From a virus: DNA of 64,000 nucleotides. The stretch lies in IMG/VR virus record IMGVR_UViG_3300025880_000012, positions 12,928 to 76,927 of that record, one strand, 5' to 3'. The notes beneath the pieces were generated by a model. That model worked only from the letters and a program-made list of their open reading frames with translations, searched no databases and had not been told where the DNA came from. Shown piece after piece: positions 37,401 to 46,765 of the stretch. Position numbers and translations under genes: made by a program. Numbering within the stretch: position 1 is the first letter of the stretch; each line of letters starts with the position of its first letter.

Positions 37401-40400
37401 TGAGAAGAAGCCAGATCTTCTAGTAGAAGCGTTTCTGTCAAATGCATTATTAAAATTACTATTAGTCCTCCACCATGATTCCTGGGCGGATGTGCTGGTA
37501 AAATTTGGAGGAACTTTTTGTAGTTGCTCTGGAGACTTACCAGTCTTTGCAATAAATCCATATATATAAAATGCACTTTTAGGTTGATAGCCTCGATTAG
37601 ATCCAGACCCAAGGGAAGATAAAGTGATGCTTTGTACTCCCATTAATTTATTGAAAACTTTAATTCTTGAACGATTAAAAACTTGTTCTCCTTTTTTAGT
37701 GAAATAACCCGCACCTGCTGCACCACGTGTTGCACCTGTTATTCTTCCTGTAAAAAAACCAGAGTTACTTACAGCTATAGAGTTAATAGAAGTAGTATAG
37801 CGGCCTGAAGAATTTAGAGATATAAATTCAGGTGTAAAATCTATTCTAGCTTTACTAGAAGGTTCTGCGAGTTGATCGTTGTTTGATAGATCTTTTCTGT
37901 CTACAGATAAAGAAAATTTGCTTCGACCATTAACTATATTATTAGGCATAATGCCTTGAGCAACTTTTTGAGTAGCTCCTCTGGATAAATTCGGTCGCGA
38001 TTGATTTCTAACATATGTTGCATAGTTACTATGAATATCGTCTGGAAAGACTTGTTTGAGATCTCCACTAGAACTAAACTCAATGAGCACATCTTGATAC
38101 TGATTACTGGAATCAATTTTCAATAAAATGCCGAAATCTTGATAAGAAGGACTATTGACTTTTACACTGTTTTGTTCGGATGAATTAGATAAATTAAAGG
38201 GAGCTGGGCGTTCATGAGTAAATGGGTGAATAGGTGTCCACATACCTTCGCCTTCATTTCCATTAGGATCCCACACTGGGTTATCTGGTACATTGGTAAT
38301 AAAAATTTTATCAATTCTTCCTAAATCTGATATAGCACAAAAACAATCTATTCGAGATAGGCAATATTGAGGTAGGGTTGTATCAGCAAAGCCTATATTA
38401 TATAACCTAAAGACCATAACTTCAGCTCGGTAGAGTAAGTTATTATTATAAAAGCCACGGCTATATCTATCCACATTAGCTCCAATACTAGAGAAAAAAT
38501 CAGATGCATCAATATCAATAAACTCAATTACATCGTCATCTAGTAAAGTATGCTCTAAGGTATTGATGCCGTCATCTATGATTGTTAAGTTGTCAAGTTT
38601 CCACGCATCGCGTTTATTATACATATATGCGGGAGAACCGTTAATTGCATTACTTAATGTGGAACCAACTCCTGGTATTATTTTGATCTGTCGAGGTGAA
38701 TGGTTGGCTCCTTCGGCATCTTTAGTTGTAGTGATGGTTGCTCGCTCAAATGAAAAGTTTGGTTTATTTAATTGACTGCGAATAAGTTCTTGAGCTTTGT
38801 TTATAAAATCATTAGCAAACGATGCATTGCGTAAAAATAATGAAACGGGGGCAGTTTTATTTCCGAAGCCAATATTTGTAGTTGTTGATGTATTGCCAGG
38901 GTCATCAGTTAAGTTAAATGTATTATTTCCAGCGAACACACTAAAAGCATTAATTTTAGCAAATAAACCACCAATTTGTTCGCCCGAGCTATCGAAGCCT
39001 CGTTGAGGATAATCAATCATGTAACTATATCGATTAGATAAAAAGCTAGTAGGTCTTGCATTATCTGGAGTAAAAATATCGCCAAAGCTATCAGTGAAAT
39101 TAACAGCCGTATTATTTACATTCGAAAATCTATTAAAGCAATTACTATGAATATTTTCTCTCGTACCAAATACAGTAGTAGTACTAATGGTGATTGTTTT
39201 TTGATAAAGTAATGCAGACAATGGAACTTCCAAAAAAACTACGGTACGCATTTTTTGTCGAGATAGAAATTGTCTAGTACAACGACGAGAGAAAAAAGAG
39301 CTAAAGTCTTGATGCCAGGTAGGTTCACTACTTAAATCACTGAAACTACCATTGAGGTTTTGTACCCTCCATTTAAGATCTCCAGTCCACAACACCATAG
39401 TAATAGTTATACTATTAATATCTGATGCAGTTAAAGAGTCCCCTCGAATATCAGCATAAGGTCGAAGCATACCCTTCAATTTACTAGAGGTAAATCTATT
39501 ATCATTATTTAAAGAATCAATAATAAAATCAATATCATCATCCATGTAAGTTTGGAGGGCGGGGTCTGTGTGAGCAGAAACAGAGGTTGCAAATCCAAAA
39601 TCCAAGCAGTAAGGTGCAGAAGACCTTTGTCTTTCTGCATTCGATATAGCTTCTTGTTCACGAAATTTAAAATCTAAGTGAGGCGGAGAATTATCGGGAG
39701 TAATATTAATTCGAATATCCTCATCTATAGAGGAACTCAAAGAATTACCAAGGTTGATTAAGTTTTTAAACTCTTCACTATTAGACATAGATTCTATGTC
39801 TAGCTCTAATGGGTTTTCAGTTTCCACGCGTAACAATTGAGACCATTTGTGAAACCTTTCGACAGTTAAGCCAAAATCTCGACTGAATTGAGCTATTTCA
39901 TTTGGTTCAGTGGGCATAGAATAAAAATTTTCTAAGTCAAAAACTGGAATGTGTTGATATACTGAATTTCCATTTGTGTCTATAAAGTTAGAAGGTAGCC
40001 CAACATTAGAGCCTCCAGCCCAATTAGGGAATGATGAGCCATTACTTCTAAATTGATTTAAGGATAGAACTCCAAGATGAGGAATGCCTGCGACTAAAGG
40101 AGTCCTAATCGTAAAACCAGATTCTATTGCGCCTGAAGTCATTAAGAGAGAGCTTATACTGCTCGCAGGTATACCCGGATTTGCTGTTAAAAATAGTTGC
40201 TTCGTTGTCTCCCAAGCATTAGATAACTGATGTACATAAAAACTGAAGTTAACTCTATTGTGAGCATAATATTTATCAATCATATTAAAGGTATCTGTTG
40301 AGTTGTTATGTTTATGCTCTAGTAATACATAAGTTTTTTCTTTTGATGTAATCGATGCAACTCCTAACGAAGCACTATCAAGAACCAGATCAGGGTCTGC

Positions 40401-41894
40401 AGAAGGGTCTATAGAGCTTTCTGAGAAAGATGCATTTTCAACAGATAAAGGTTCATCAAATAAAATTTCTAAATCCTGAGAATTATTGCTAGCAGGTTCA
40501 TTACCTATAATTACATGATTATTGAGATTAGCAGGATAGGTAGATCCAGTCTCATTGATCCCAATGTCGAAAGAAGGATTATCTTTATTAATTTCAGATG
40601 TAGGTAGCAATTTGTTATGTTTTTTTGAAAAACTTATAGTTTTGAAATTTGCAGAATTATCAACAGATGATAATAATTGAGCATTAGTGCTATAACCTAA
40701 GCATATTTCTCCATGATCATTAGAGAATGCGAGTGTAGTAGAATCAAAGCTAGAGTCTTTAGTTACTGGGAGAGCTAAACCAGCAATAGGTCCTTCAGAT
40801 ATAATATCTAAATTTCTATAAATACCTATTGATTCTAATTTAGTGTAATTTCCTCGAGAGCCAATTCTAGAGCGTGTAATTCTTGGGTCTTCGCTTGGGT
40901 TACCATCATCAACTAAAGCAAAACAAGACTCACTAGAAGATTGAGGCCTCAAAAAAGAATCTAGATCACCATCATTAGGAAAGATGTAAGGTTTTGATCC
41001 ATCATTACTACCATTATCGAGATAACTTTGAGTTGAACCATAAGTAGAAGCTTTTGATGAAGATGGTCCTAGAGATAATTTTCCTCCACCTTTAGATGGT
41101 TCAGAAGAATAATGGGAATTATAACTATCATTACCTTGATCAGATTTAAACATTTTTGCGGCAGCTCCAGCGATGGAGTGTGACAATAGAGATCTCTTAC
41201 TGGGATCATCAGGATTATTACTGGGTTTGATTATTTGATCATTAGATACTTCATCTGTATCTAGAATTGAAAAATTATTAACGGTTGATAATTGATGAAT
41301 GTTTTTATCAAAGTTAAAAGTTTTACTAGGATTATCGGTGAAAATATTAGCATTAATTTTTGGAGGTTTCAAAATAGTAGCCGAGTCATAATCAAACTCA
41401 AAATTAGAAATGTTAGAATTAATTACTAAGCTACCAACTTTTAATTGACCGTAAATAATAGGAATGGGAATACCTTGCTCAGTGCGATTTTCATTAGAAG
41501 AATATAGCCACGAATTGGTTGTAATAATTTCATACTCTTTACCACTTGATTTGACTGGGTTTAATTTATTGGCTAACTTTTGCATACCATAGCCCATCAA
41601 TGCATTCATGGCGAAGCCCAGGATTGGGCCGCCAGCTTGACCTTCTAATTTAGGGTATACATGATAAGAGTTTTGATTTAAAATCAAATCAGAACAATAA
41701 GCATCTAAATGATTTTTTTTATCATCAATAAAAATGAAATTACCACCTTTATATATCTTATTAATAAAGTATTTTCTAAATTCAGGAAATTTACCAAAGC
41801 AGTACTCGAAAAAACTTCTTACACTATAACAATCTACATCAACTGTATGACCAATGTAACGAGCTAATTCCCCATGAATAATAAATTTTTTCAT
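34434..41894 (-). CDS. Tail-tip protein: lambda gpI-like domain fused to a gpJ-like central tip protein
   Basis: gpI-like HGEL...YPKLEG.AGG and QGIPIPIIYGQLKVGS; gpJ-like ISEGPI, SVFLNDTPI, YPNTAL, WTSNPAW..YDLL...YGLG, RFMCN, FSYS. Confidence 0.8.
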   Translation of the reverse strand: MKKFIIHGELARYIGHTVDVDCYSVRSFFEYCFGKFPEFRKYFINKIYKGGNFIFIDDKKNHLDAYCSDLILNQNSYHVYPKLEGQAGGPILGFAMNALMGYGMQKLANKLNPVKSSGKEYEIITTNSWLYSSNENRTEQGIPIPIIYGQLKVGSLVINSNISNFEFDYDSATILKPPKINANIFTDNPSKTFNFDKNIHQLSTVNNFSILDTDEVSNDQIIKPSNNPDDPSKRSLLSHSIAGAAAKMFKSDQGNDSYNSHYSSEPSKGGGKLSLGPSSSKASTYGSTQSYLDNGSNDGSKPYIFPNDGDLDSFLRPQSSSESCFALVDDGNPSEDPRITRSRIGSRGNYTKLESIGIYRNLDIISEGPIAGLALPVTKDSSFDSTTLAFSNDHGEICLGYSTNAQLLSSVDNSANFKTISFSKKHNKLLPTSEINKDNPSFDIGINETGSTYPANLNNHVIIGNEPASNNSQDLEILFDEPLSVENASFSESSIDPSADPDLVLDSASLGVASITSKEKTYVLLEHKHNNSTDTFNMIDKYYAHNRVNFSFYVHQLSNAWETTKQLFLTANPGIPASSISSLLMTSGAIESGFTIRTPLVAGIPHLGVLSLNQFRSNGSSFPNWAGGSNVGLPSNFIDTNGNSVYQHIPVFDLENFYSMPTEPNEIAQFSRDFGLTVERFHKWSQLLRVETENPLELDIESMSNSEEFKNLINLGNSLSSSIDEDIRINITPDNSPPHLDFKFREQEAISNAERQRSSAPYCLDFGFATSVSAHTDPALQTYMDDDIDFIIDSLNNDNRFTSSKLKGMLRPYADIRGDSLTASDINSITITMVLWTGDLKWRVQNLNGSFSDLSSEPTWHQDFSSFFSRRCTRQFLSRQKMRTVVFLEVPLSALLYQKTITISTTTVFGTRENIHSNCFNRFSNVNNTAVNFTDSFGDIFTPDNARPTSFLSNRYSYMIDYPQRGFDSSGEQIGGLFAKINAFSVFAGNNTFNLTDDPGNTSTTTNIGFGNKTAPVSLFLRNASFANDFINKAQELIRSQLNKPNFSFERATITTTKDAEGANHSPRQIKIIPGVGSTLSNAINGSPAYMYNKRDAWKLDNLTIIDDGINTLEHTLLDDDVIEFIDIDASDFFSSIGANVDRYSRGFYNNNLLYRAEVMVFRLYNIGFADTTLPQYCLSRIDCFCAISDLGRIDKIFITNVPDNPVWDPNGNEGEGMWTPIHPFTHERPAPFNLSNSSEQNSVKVNSPSYQDFGILLKIDSSNQYQDVLIEFSSSGDLKQVFPDDIHSNYATYVRNQSRPNLSRGATQKVAQGIMPNNIVNGRSKFSLSVDRKDLSNNDQLAEPSSKARIDFTPEFISLNSSGRYTTSINSIAVSNSGFFTGRITGATRGAAGAGYFTKKGEQVFNRSRIKVFNKLMGVQSITLSSLGSGSNRGYQPKSAFYIYGFIAKTGKSPEQLQKVPPNFTSTSAQESWWRTNSNFNNAFDRNASTRRSGFFSQLELSCFKALVLTDELGAIDSIKVVDPGYQLASFNDITHDQDELCVHLIMAQSELSLLNGVLFQDTNIGAVTSAQLNYSSGFSSRTKYRANAQLGFFNESDLSFSNSAPNNDSRLLWPGCNMMKQDLILNISADSLKGDNFGKLSRIQMLRPGMGFSRDFEIGNLFDDLPFEDESSEIRFFISTNSDGAITKLTIDPNHTASGYGIEDKDIDLSFTTRITSNSITADTSTELDSFSWAYSVFLNDTPIRDHTGRFNFSKLDFNISCGFFQNGNQSKMSDINNLNSTVLAALPEQLKKPLLENEEFRLPAQTKVINYPLYGPRNHGERDYYYTHTVSNPDISMVALSFKINELHYIYEGDEEIVTLNLMPIIGAILGYIGTGKLIEMLGGLAPDPQAQTNAGNTGPACGTAVTGGPGFGVNAPSLSHASKISKTSEFAGELMAFGLQLIGGVLGFAIASKVPCPSFLCFKVGNIIKNSGEIWPAKIMFKIEYGIEGDPPENWKSYTFTASGCSTSPFIKDVYIKNFPELDHKSDPKNIKKRVIKVYRLTREMDPVQYGIMEARFKMDTELFAATEYIGGYFSYPNTALFAMRTNSKDLPDIPKREFVVKGKLVNIPSFYDASTGTYGIHVDDTDFFKDSLEWTSNPAWVIYDLLINPIYGLGKYGIKKEDIDEFSFLRFSKLADEPVTTTLESRTYKERRFMCNLYIDQQKPAYEYIKSLLNLYNATLNFSGGKIYISDDLKRDPIMIFNNSNVTESGFSYSSTPKTERLSACTVDYLDERDEYRLKSEYFEDNESISEVGYVHVKLAGISITRKGEALRLARSKVLTTHMQKEIIQFETGLPASYLRIGDVINVIDNNKLPKQSSGKILKISSNRKTIEIDIPVSTLPSGLKSLSIQCLTDEGEMADDRSPQFENHEVQSTSSVFSINLKNAIDSSIRPGFTWMIKEVNNSEIAPMQYQIKNLKEINGLKFEVIAIEYNPDKFDLIEV

Positions 41895-42625
41895 AAATCC
41901 TTGTACCTATATACTTTATACACTTTATTTAAAAGTTCAGGGCTAATAAATTCAGAAATTGGGTATCCATAGACTGGGTGATGAAAGACTAAACTATCGT
42001 CAACAATACCTATATGAGGATAAATAGAAACATTGGGCTGAAAAACTAATAAATCGCCATTCTGGACATTTTTAATAGAAGATTCGACGAAGTATTCATC
42101 GAGATGAAAAATAAGTTGATTTAATGAATTTGATTCATTTCTAGACCAATTAATATTATAACCCTGTAAATTGATATTAAATTTATTCAAAAGATAATCT
42201 TTTACATATATAATACAATCTTGAAAGTAAGGAATAAACTGTCTACTTTTTAAATCTGTTGGCTCATAGTTATTAGGGTAATATAAAAATCTATGGCGGT
42301 TACTGACATTAAAAATAAAAGAAGGTAAATTAAAAGAATTAGCTGACTCTATATCTAGCTCACTGGGATAATTATCTTTTATATGACTATGAAAAAGAGA
42401 GACAACTAGATTTTCTGAATACATAGTGTAAAAAGATGGATCAGAACTCGTGAATGAATGTGGGTCAATTAAGTTTTCATTAGCTACTTTAGAAAAGCAT
42501 AGGTTTGAATCTTGTGAATTTAAATAAAAAAAACCACATACTTCAGTATCGGGAGAAGATAAAGCATAACGAAAGCACTGTTGAAATGCTTGTTTATGCT
42601 GGCCAAGATCCAGGAAATCCTCCAA
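41891..42625 (-). CDS. Tail assembly protein K-like (JAB/MPN plus NlpC/P60)
   Basis: EVCG...HSH....PSELD JAMM motif; DC...GDLLVF...HIGI...HH. Confidence 0.8.
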   Translation of the reverse strand: MEDFLDLGQHKQAFQQCFRYALSSPDTEVCGFFYLNSQDSNLCFSKVANENLIDPHSFTSSDPSFYTMYSENLVVSLFHSHIKDNYPSELDIESANSFNLPSFIFNVSNRHRFLYYPNNYEPTDLKSRQFIPYFQDCIIYVKDYLLNKFNINLQGYNINWSRNESNSLNQLIFHLDEYFVESSIKNVQNGDLLVFQPNVSIYPHIGIVDDSLVFHHPVYGYPISEFISPELLNKVYKVYRYKDL

Positions 42626-43487
42626 AAGGTAACCCTCTATTCAATTCTGTATTACTAAACCTAAGCCGACAACCTTTTAAGTTTTTTGAACATGCATCTT
42701 TTACCCATTTTTTAGGGTGAGTAATCGGACTTTCTCCAGCTGTCGTGTTTGAGGTGCAAACGAAGATTTTTTTTTCAGCAGCACCATTATCTATAAAAAC
42801 ATAATCCCTAACGGCATATGTTCTGGTGTCTAAATAAGCTCCTTGATTATTGAGGTTTGTAAATTGATTAGTATTATTTGATTCATCTGCAACAGGAGCA
42901 CCACCGTAACCACATCCATGCTCACTCCTATATTTCCACTGACATACATTGTAAACTATTTTGCGAGCTGGAATAAGTCCACCCTCCTTCTCAAAAGCGG
43001 AGACAAGCTCAAATTCAATGGTTTGAGTATTCTCTACATTTTTTTTGTTTATAATGTATGTCTCTTGAGGGTAAGAAGATTCATTACCAGAGCCAAAAGG
43101 GTTCACTCCATTAGGGAAATTAGATCCATCGAGAAAGCGCACAAAAGTTTTGATACGTACTATCTTAAAGCCAGTAAAATTATCAAAGTGATTCGAGCGT
43201 AAACTAAAATAGCTGTCAGAATTATCAAATCTTAATGTTGGTCGAGGTAAAGTTTCATCAACATAATCAAAACCTGATGCAGACAAAGGTACATAAAGGT
43301 ATTCATCTTTATTGCTTGAGGTGCCACCATAACGTATATTGTGTTTGTATCCGTTCTCTCCACCGTGAAATTTATAAAAACCTATAGAACTACCATTTTT
43401 ATCTTTTAACTCTAAATTATATAAGCTAATCGGAGTAGATGGATCTACATCCATAATCGCTTGCTTTATATCTTCATTGAAAGCCAT
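42594..43487 (-). CDS. Minor tail protein L-like
   Basis: PRPTL, FELVS, CQWKYR..CGY, DACSK..GCRLRF, LPFGGFPG (four conserved Cys). Confidence 0.85.
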   Translation of the reverse strand: MAFNEDIKQAIMDVDPSTPISLYNLELKDKNGSSIGFYKFHGGENGYKHNIRYGGTSSNKDEYLYVPLSASGFDYVDETLPRPTLRFDNSDSYFSLRSNHFDNFTGFKIVRIKTFVRFLDGSNFPNGVNPFGSGNESSYPQETYIINKKNVENTQTIEFELVSAFEKEGGLIPARKIVYNVCQWKYRSEHGCGYGGAPVADESNNTNQFTNLNNQGAYLDTRTYAVRDYVFIDNGAAEKKIFVCTSNTTAGESPITHPKKWVKDACSKNLKGCRLRFSNTELNRGLPFGGFPGSWPA

Positions 43488-43504
43488 GATATATTATATG
43501 CGAA

Positions 43505-44755
43505 TTAAGATAAACATTCTATAAATGTTACATTAATATTGTGATTATTATAATAATTGAAGGTATGTGTCCATTCCGGGCAATAAAAATATAGTATTTT
43601 ATTTTTATGATCTGAGTTATAATTAGGATTATTGTTAGATATGTAATCGCTATTTACATGGAAGGCAAATTTTTTGTAGCCTAAATGATGTTCTAGAAAT
43701 AACAAGATACGCTTGGCTTCTATATTTGACCTATTGTTAAATTGAAGATTTAAATTGCATAAATTGGGATTAAAGCCATATTTTGTGTATCGTTGAGAAG
43801 TTTCATCAAGATTTGCATTTTTATATTTTGGAGAAAAATCTATTGTAGTGGAGTAACTAGGATTAAAATCGAAGATTTTATTATCTAAATACTCACTCGC
43901 AACCCTAGGGGCATAAGGATAGAAAGAGCATTCATTAGGGTTATCAATAAAAATTGAATGTCGGTGTTGATTGTTTTCAATTAAACCATCACTATAACTA
44001 TAGCTTGAAGGGTGCTCGCTTGTGGATTGTATGCTGGCTATTGATGTCGAATTATTATTGATAGTTAATGAAGAATCATTTACTTTAAAAGATCTATATG
44101 TGTCTTTTTCATATAAATAGTTGCCCTTTTGTAAAGATATAGCAAGTCGCACATCATCCGTAGATGTATTTTTAACAGTAAAAATATGTTTTCCATCTTC
44201 AGTAGAATCTGAATGATGTCCATGCAAACTTGAAATGTCGCCAGGAATAGTCTCAATACAATTTAATTTATATTCAGACATAAGTTGTCTAGATCGAGTA
44301 GTAAAAACATTCGGGTCAATAGAATCTAAGATTGTATTATTTACAGAAATAAATTCAGCTGAAACATCATTGACATTAAAGTTATTAGTACTCGAAGAGT
44401 ACCGCAAGCAATTAAAGTGATTTGTTTTATATGGATAAAATGGAGAGTATAAAAATGCATCTAAGCGTTTATTATCAAATGTAGGTCTACCTTGACTATC
44501 ATTAGTAGTTGATTGAGCTTCATATTGAAATTGATTTTCAATAAAAGAAATTAATTCTCTTGATTCAATATTAGTTAACTGAGGGAAATTTAAATTCAAC
44601 TTCATAGTTAATGAATTAATACCTTTAGGTAAAACTTGTTTGAAGTTATTGGCAAAAGTTATAGACTCATTAACAGAACTAAAAGATGCAGTACAACCAA
44701 AAGAAGGAAGGAGGTTTGGAAAACTAGAATTATTGCTTGGATTTTTTACATTCAT
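43505..44755 (-). CDS. Minor tail protein M-like / distal tail protein with a duplicated domain
   Basis: Two copies of PS...G(I/F)N...LxF...E...FxE; upstream of L. Confidence 0.6.
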   Translation of the reverse strand: MNVKNPSNNSSFPNLLPSFGCTASFSSVNESITFANNFKQVLPKGINSLTMKLNLNFPQLTNIESRELISFIENQFQYEAQSTTNDSQGRPTFDNKRLDAFLYSPFYPYKTNHFNCLRYSSSTNNFNVNDVSAEFISVNNTILDSIDPNVFTTRSRQLMSEYKLNCIETIPGDISSLHGHHSDSTEDGKHIFTVKNTSTDDVRLAISLQKGNYLYEKDTYRSFKVNDSSLTINNNSTSIASIQSTSEHPSSYSYSDGLIENNQHRHSIFIDNPNECSFYPYAPRVASEYLDNKIFDFNPSYSTTIDFSPKYKNANLDETSQRYTKYGFNPNLCNLNLQFNNRSNIEAKRILLFLEHHLGYKKFAFHVNSDYISNNNPNYNSDHKNKILYFYCPEWTHTFNYYNNHNINVTFIECLS

Positions 44756-45948
44756 TATCGTAATGTTTGGGATGCACTCATTGACCCAACCAAATAACCT
44801 TGAGAATCAACACTCAATGATTTGGAGGTAATTGGGCCAAAGCAGCTAAATGTTTGAATAAGGCCGTCAGAATTGTCGGAAAAGTTATCATACTCTAAAT
44901 CTTTTAGTAAGATTTTTAAATTTGCATGTTGGGATCCATTTTCTTCAGAAATAATCGATGGATCAAGGTGCTCACCCTCAATACTAACATTGATAACTGT
45001 ATTGGTATTAGAAACCCTTTTAGGAATATTCATGAGATTTCTTTCAGAATCTATATTGCTAGAATCAGGAACTTGAAATGTAGCTGATCGATTGGAGGAT
45101 ATAGAATAAGAGCATGAAATCGGGTGTTCCATATCAAATTCCGTAGTACCTACAATCTTACTATTCTGGCCATGAGCAATGGATTTGTGGTTCCTGTAAT
45201 GAAACTGAGCATCACTAAAATATGATTCAGTTAAACTAGTATCATGGTCGATCTGACCATATATATCAAAATTAGCAGTAGCTTGAGATAAAGAATTAGG
45301 AGCAAGAGAAAAAGATAGGTTGTTTAAGTAAGCTCTACTAAAAGAAAAATCGCCTAAATTACCATGAACATTACGCTCGTTGATTGGAGGGTGATCATTA
45401 ACATTAAACATTCCAGTTAAATTAAAAAAACTATTTAAATTAGATGAATTGAAATAAAAATTAACATCTAAAGATCCAAATGCAGGGCCTGTCGGTATGC
45501 TTTTAAAAATTGGATCAATATATCCATTTTGTATACTCGTTTCAGGAAGGGAAGTATTATCTTTACAGTATAATTCAACTACATAATTATGTCCATCTGG
45601 AAAAACATCATGCTTAAAAAATAACTTTTTATTATTAGGAAAAATAATAGGAGTATCTTTAGGTATTTTATGTATTGATGAAGCTAAAGGTTTAGGAGGT
45701 CCATTAGTTGGGCCCAAAACAGCAGAATAAGTTCTATCGGGGAATAATGTAAATGAAGTATAGGATAGCTCTGTAGACGTAGAGTTCGATTCTTGTAGCC
45801 TACAAATTTGAATTAAGTTATCATTTAACTGTCGCGCAGTCTCTGTTGGCTGATTAACTGATAAATTTGCGCTTTCAGCTAACAAATACTCTGTTTGAGA
45901 TCCATTTGATAAGCGAATTGGGACATCTTCGTATGGTATAAATTTCAT
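44755..45948 (-). CDS. Putative tail structural protein (tube/hub-like)
   Basis: Between TMP and M; beta-rich; AYLNNLSFSL...ATANFDIYG is similar to the neighbour's GFLTEYSLSA...ANASIVVYG. Confidence 0.5.
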   Translation of the reverse strand: MKFIPYEDVPIRLSNGSQTEYLLAESANLSVNQPTETARQLNDNLIQICRLQESNSTSTELSYTSFTLFPDRTYSAVLGPTNGPPKPLASSIHKIPKDTPIIFPNNKKLFFKHDVFPDGHNYVVELYCKDNTSLPETSIQNGYIDPIFKSIPTGPAFGSLDVNFYFNSSNLNSFFNLTGMFNVNDHPPINERNVHGNLGDFSFSRAYLNNLSFSLAPNSLSQATANFDIYGQIDHDTSLTESYFSDAQFHYRNHKSIAHGQNSKIVGTTEFDMEHPISCSYSISSNRSATFQVPDSSNIDSERNLMNIPKRVSNTNTVINVSIEGEHLDPSIISEENGSQHANLKILLKDLEYDNFSDNSDGLIQTFSCFGPITSKSLSVDSQGYLVGSMSASQTLR

Positions 45949-45952
45949 TATT

Positions 45953-46765
45953 TTATATTCTATCCGATCTATTAATGTAACCTTTATAAGATAACTGCAA
46001 TTTTAAGGATTCATTACTGCTACTTTGAATAGATTGACTTAACAGTCTGGCATTCTTGATTGTTATAGATTCAATTAATTGGTCATTAATAGGGTTACTT
46101 AAGGAAATTTCAACATCCTTCATTATAGGGGATTCTAAGTAGCTTGAAATTTTAGGCACTTCGTAGTTGTCGATATCAATACTAACATTTAATTCTTGAT
46201 ATATCGGGAAGTCCGTATGTACTTGAACGGGAAAAGGTTCACTAACTTTATAAATAGGTTCTCTATTGATACGTATAGAATAATCAAAGCTAGATACTCT
46301 ATTAGTATTGAAGCCATGAACATCAAGAAGTATTGAGCCTTGGTTTGGTATTTGTATGGGTGGGTGAGCTAAATTACCTTGATCTTTGAGGCCTTCACCA
46401 ATATCTCCATAGACCACAATAGATGCATTAGCTGTGGGAATTTGACCAATACCTGCAGATAGAGAATATTCAGTTAAAAATCCACTCAAGAAACCAAAAC
46501 TAGAATCTCCGTAATTAATGCTACCACTAATCGGTTGATCTCCAGTGTAATCAAGTAACTTTTCCTCACCAATGTAATATTTAGAAATGTTAAAATTGCC
46601 AACTAAAGAACCTTGCCTTACAGGAAAAGTGTGACCTTTACCGATGATGTTAATGGGAGATTCATCAATACTATAACCACCATCTATACTAACTACCCCC
46701 GACAATTGACACCCATCAAGAAAGAATTCCTGATCATAGTTAAAATGGGCATTTTTAAATGCCAC
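45953..46765 (-). CDS. Putative tail structural protein (tube/hub-like)
   Basis: Immediately downstream of the TMP; beta-rich; distant paralog of 44755..45948. Confidence 0.5.
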   Translation of the reverse strand: MAFKNAHFNYDQEFFLDGCQLSGVVSIDGGYSIDESPINIIGKGHTFPVRQGSLVGNFNISKYYIGEEKLLDYTGDQPISGSINYGDSSFGFLSGFLTEYSLSAGIGQIPTANASIVVYGDIGEGLKDQGNLAHPPIQIPNQGSILLDVHGFNTNRVSSFDYSIRINREPIYKVSEPFPVQVHTDFPIYQELNVSIDIDNYEVPKISSYLESPIMKDVEISLSNPINDQLIESITIKNARLLSQSIQSSSNESLKLQLSYKGYINRSDRI

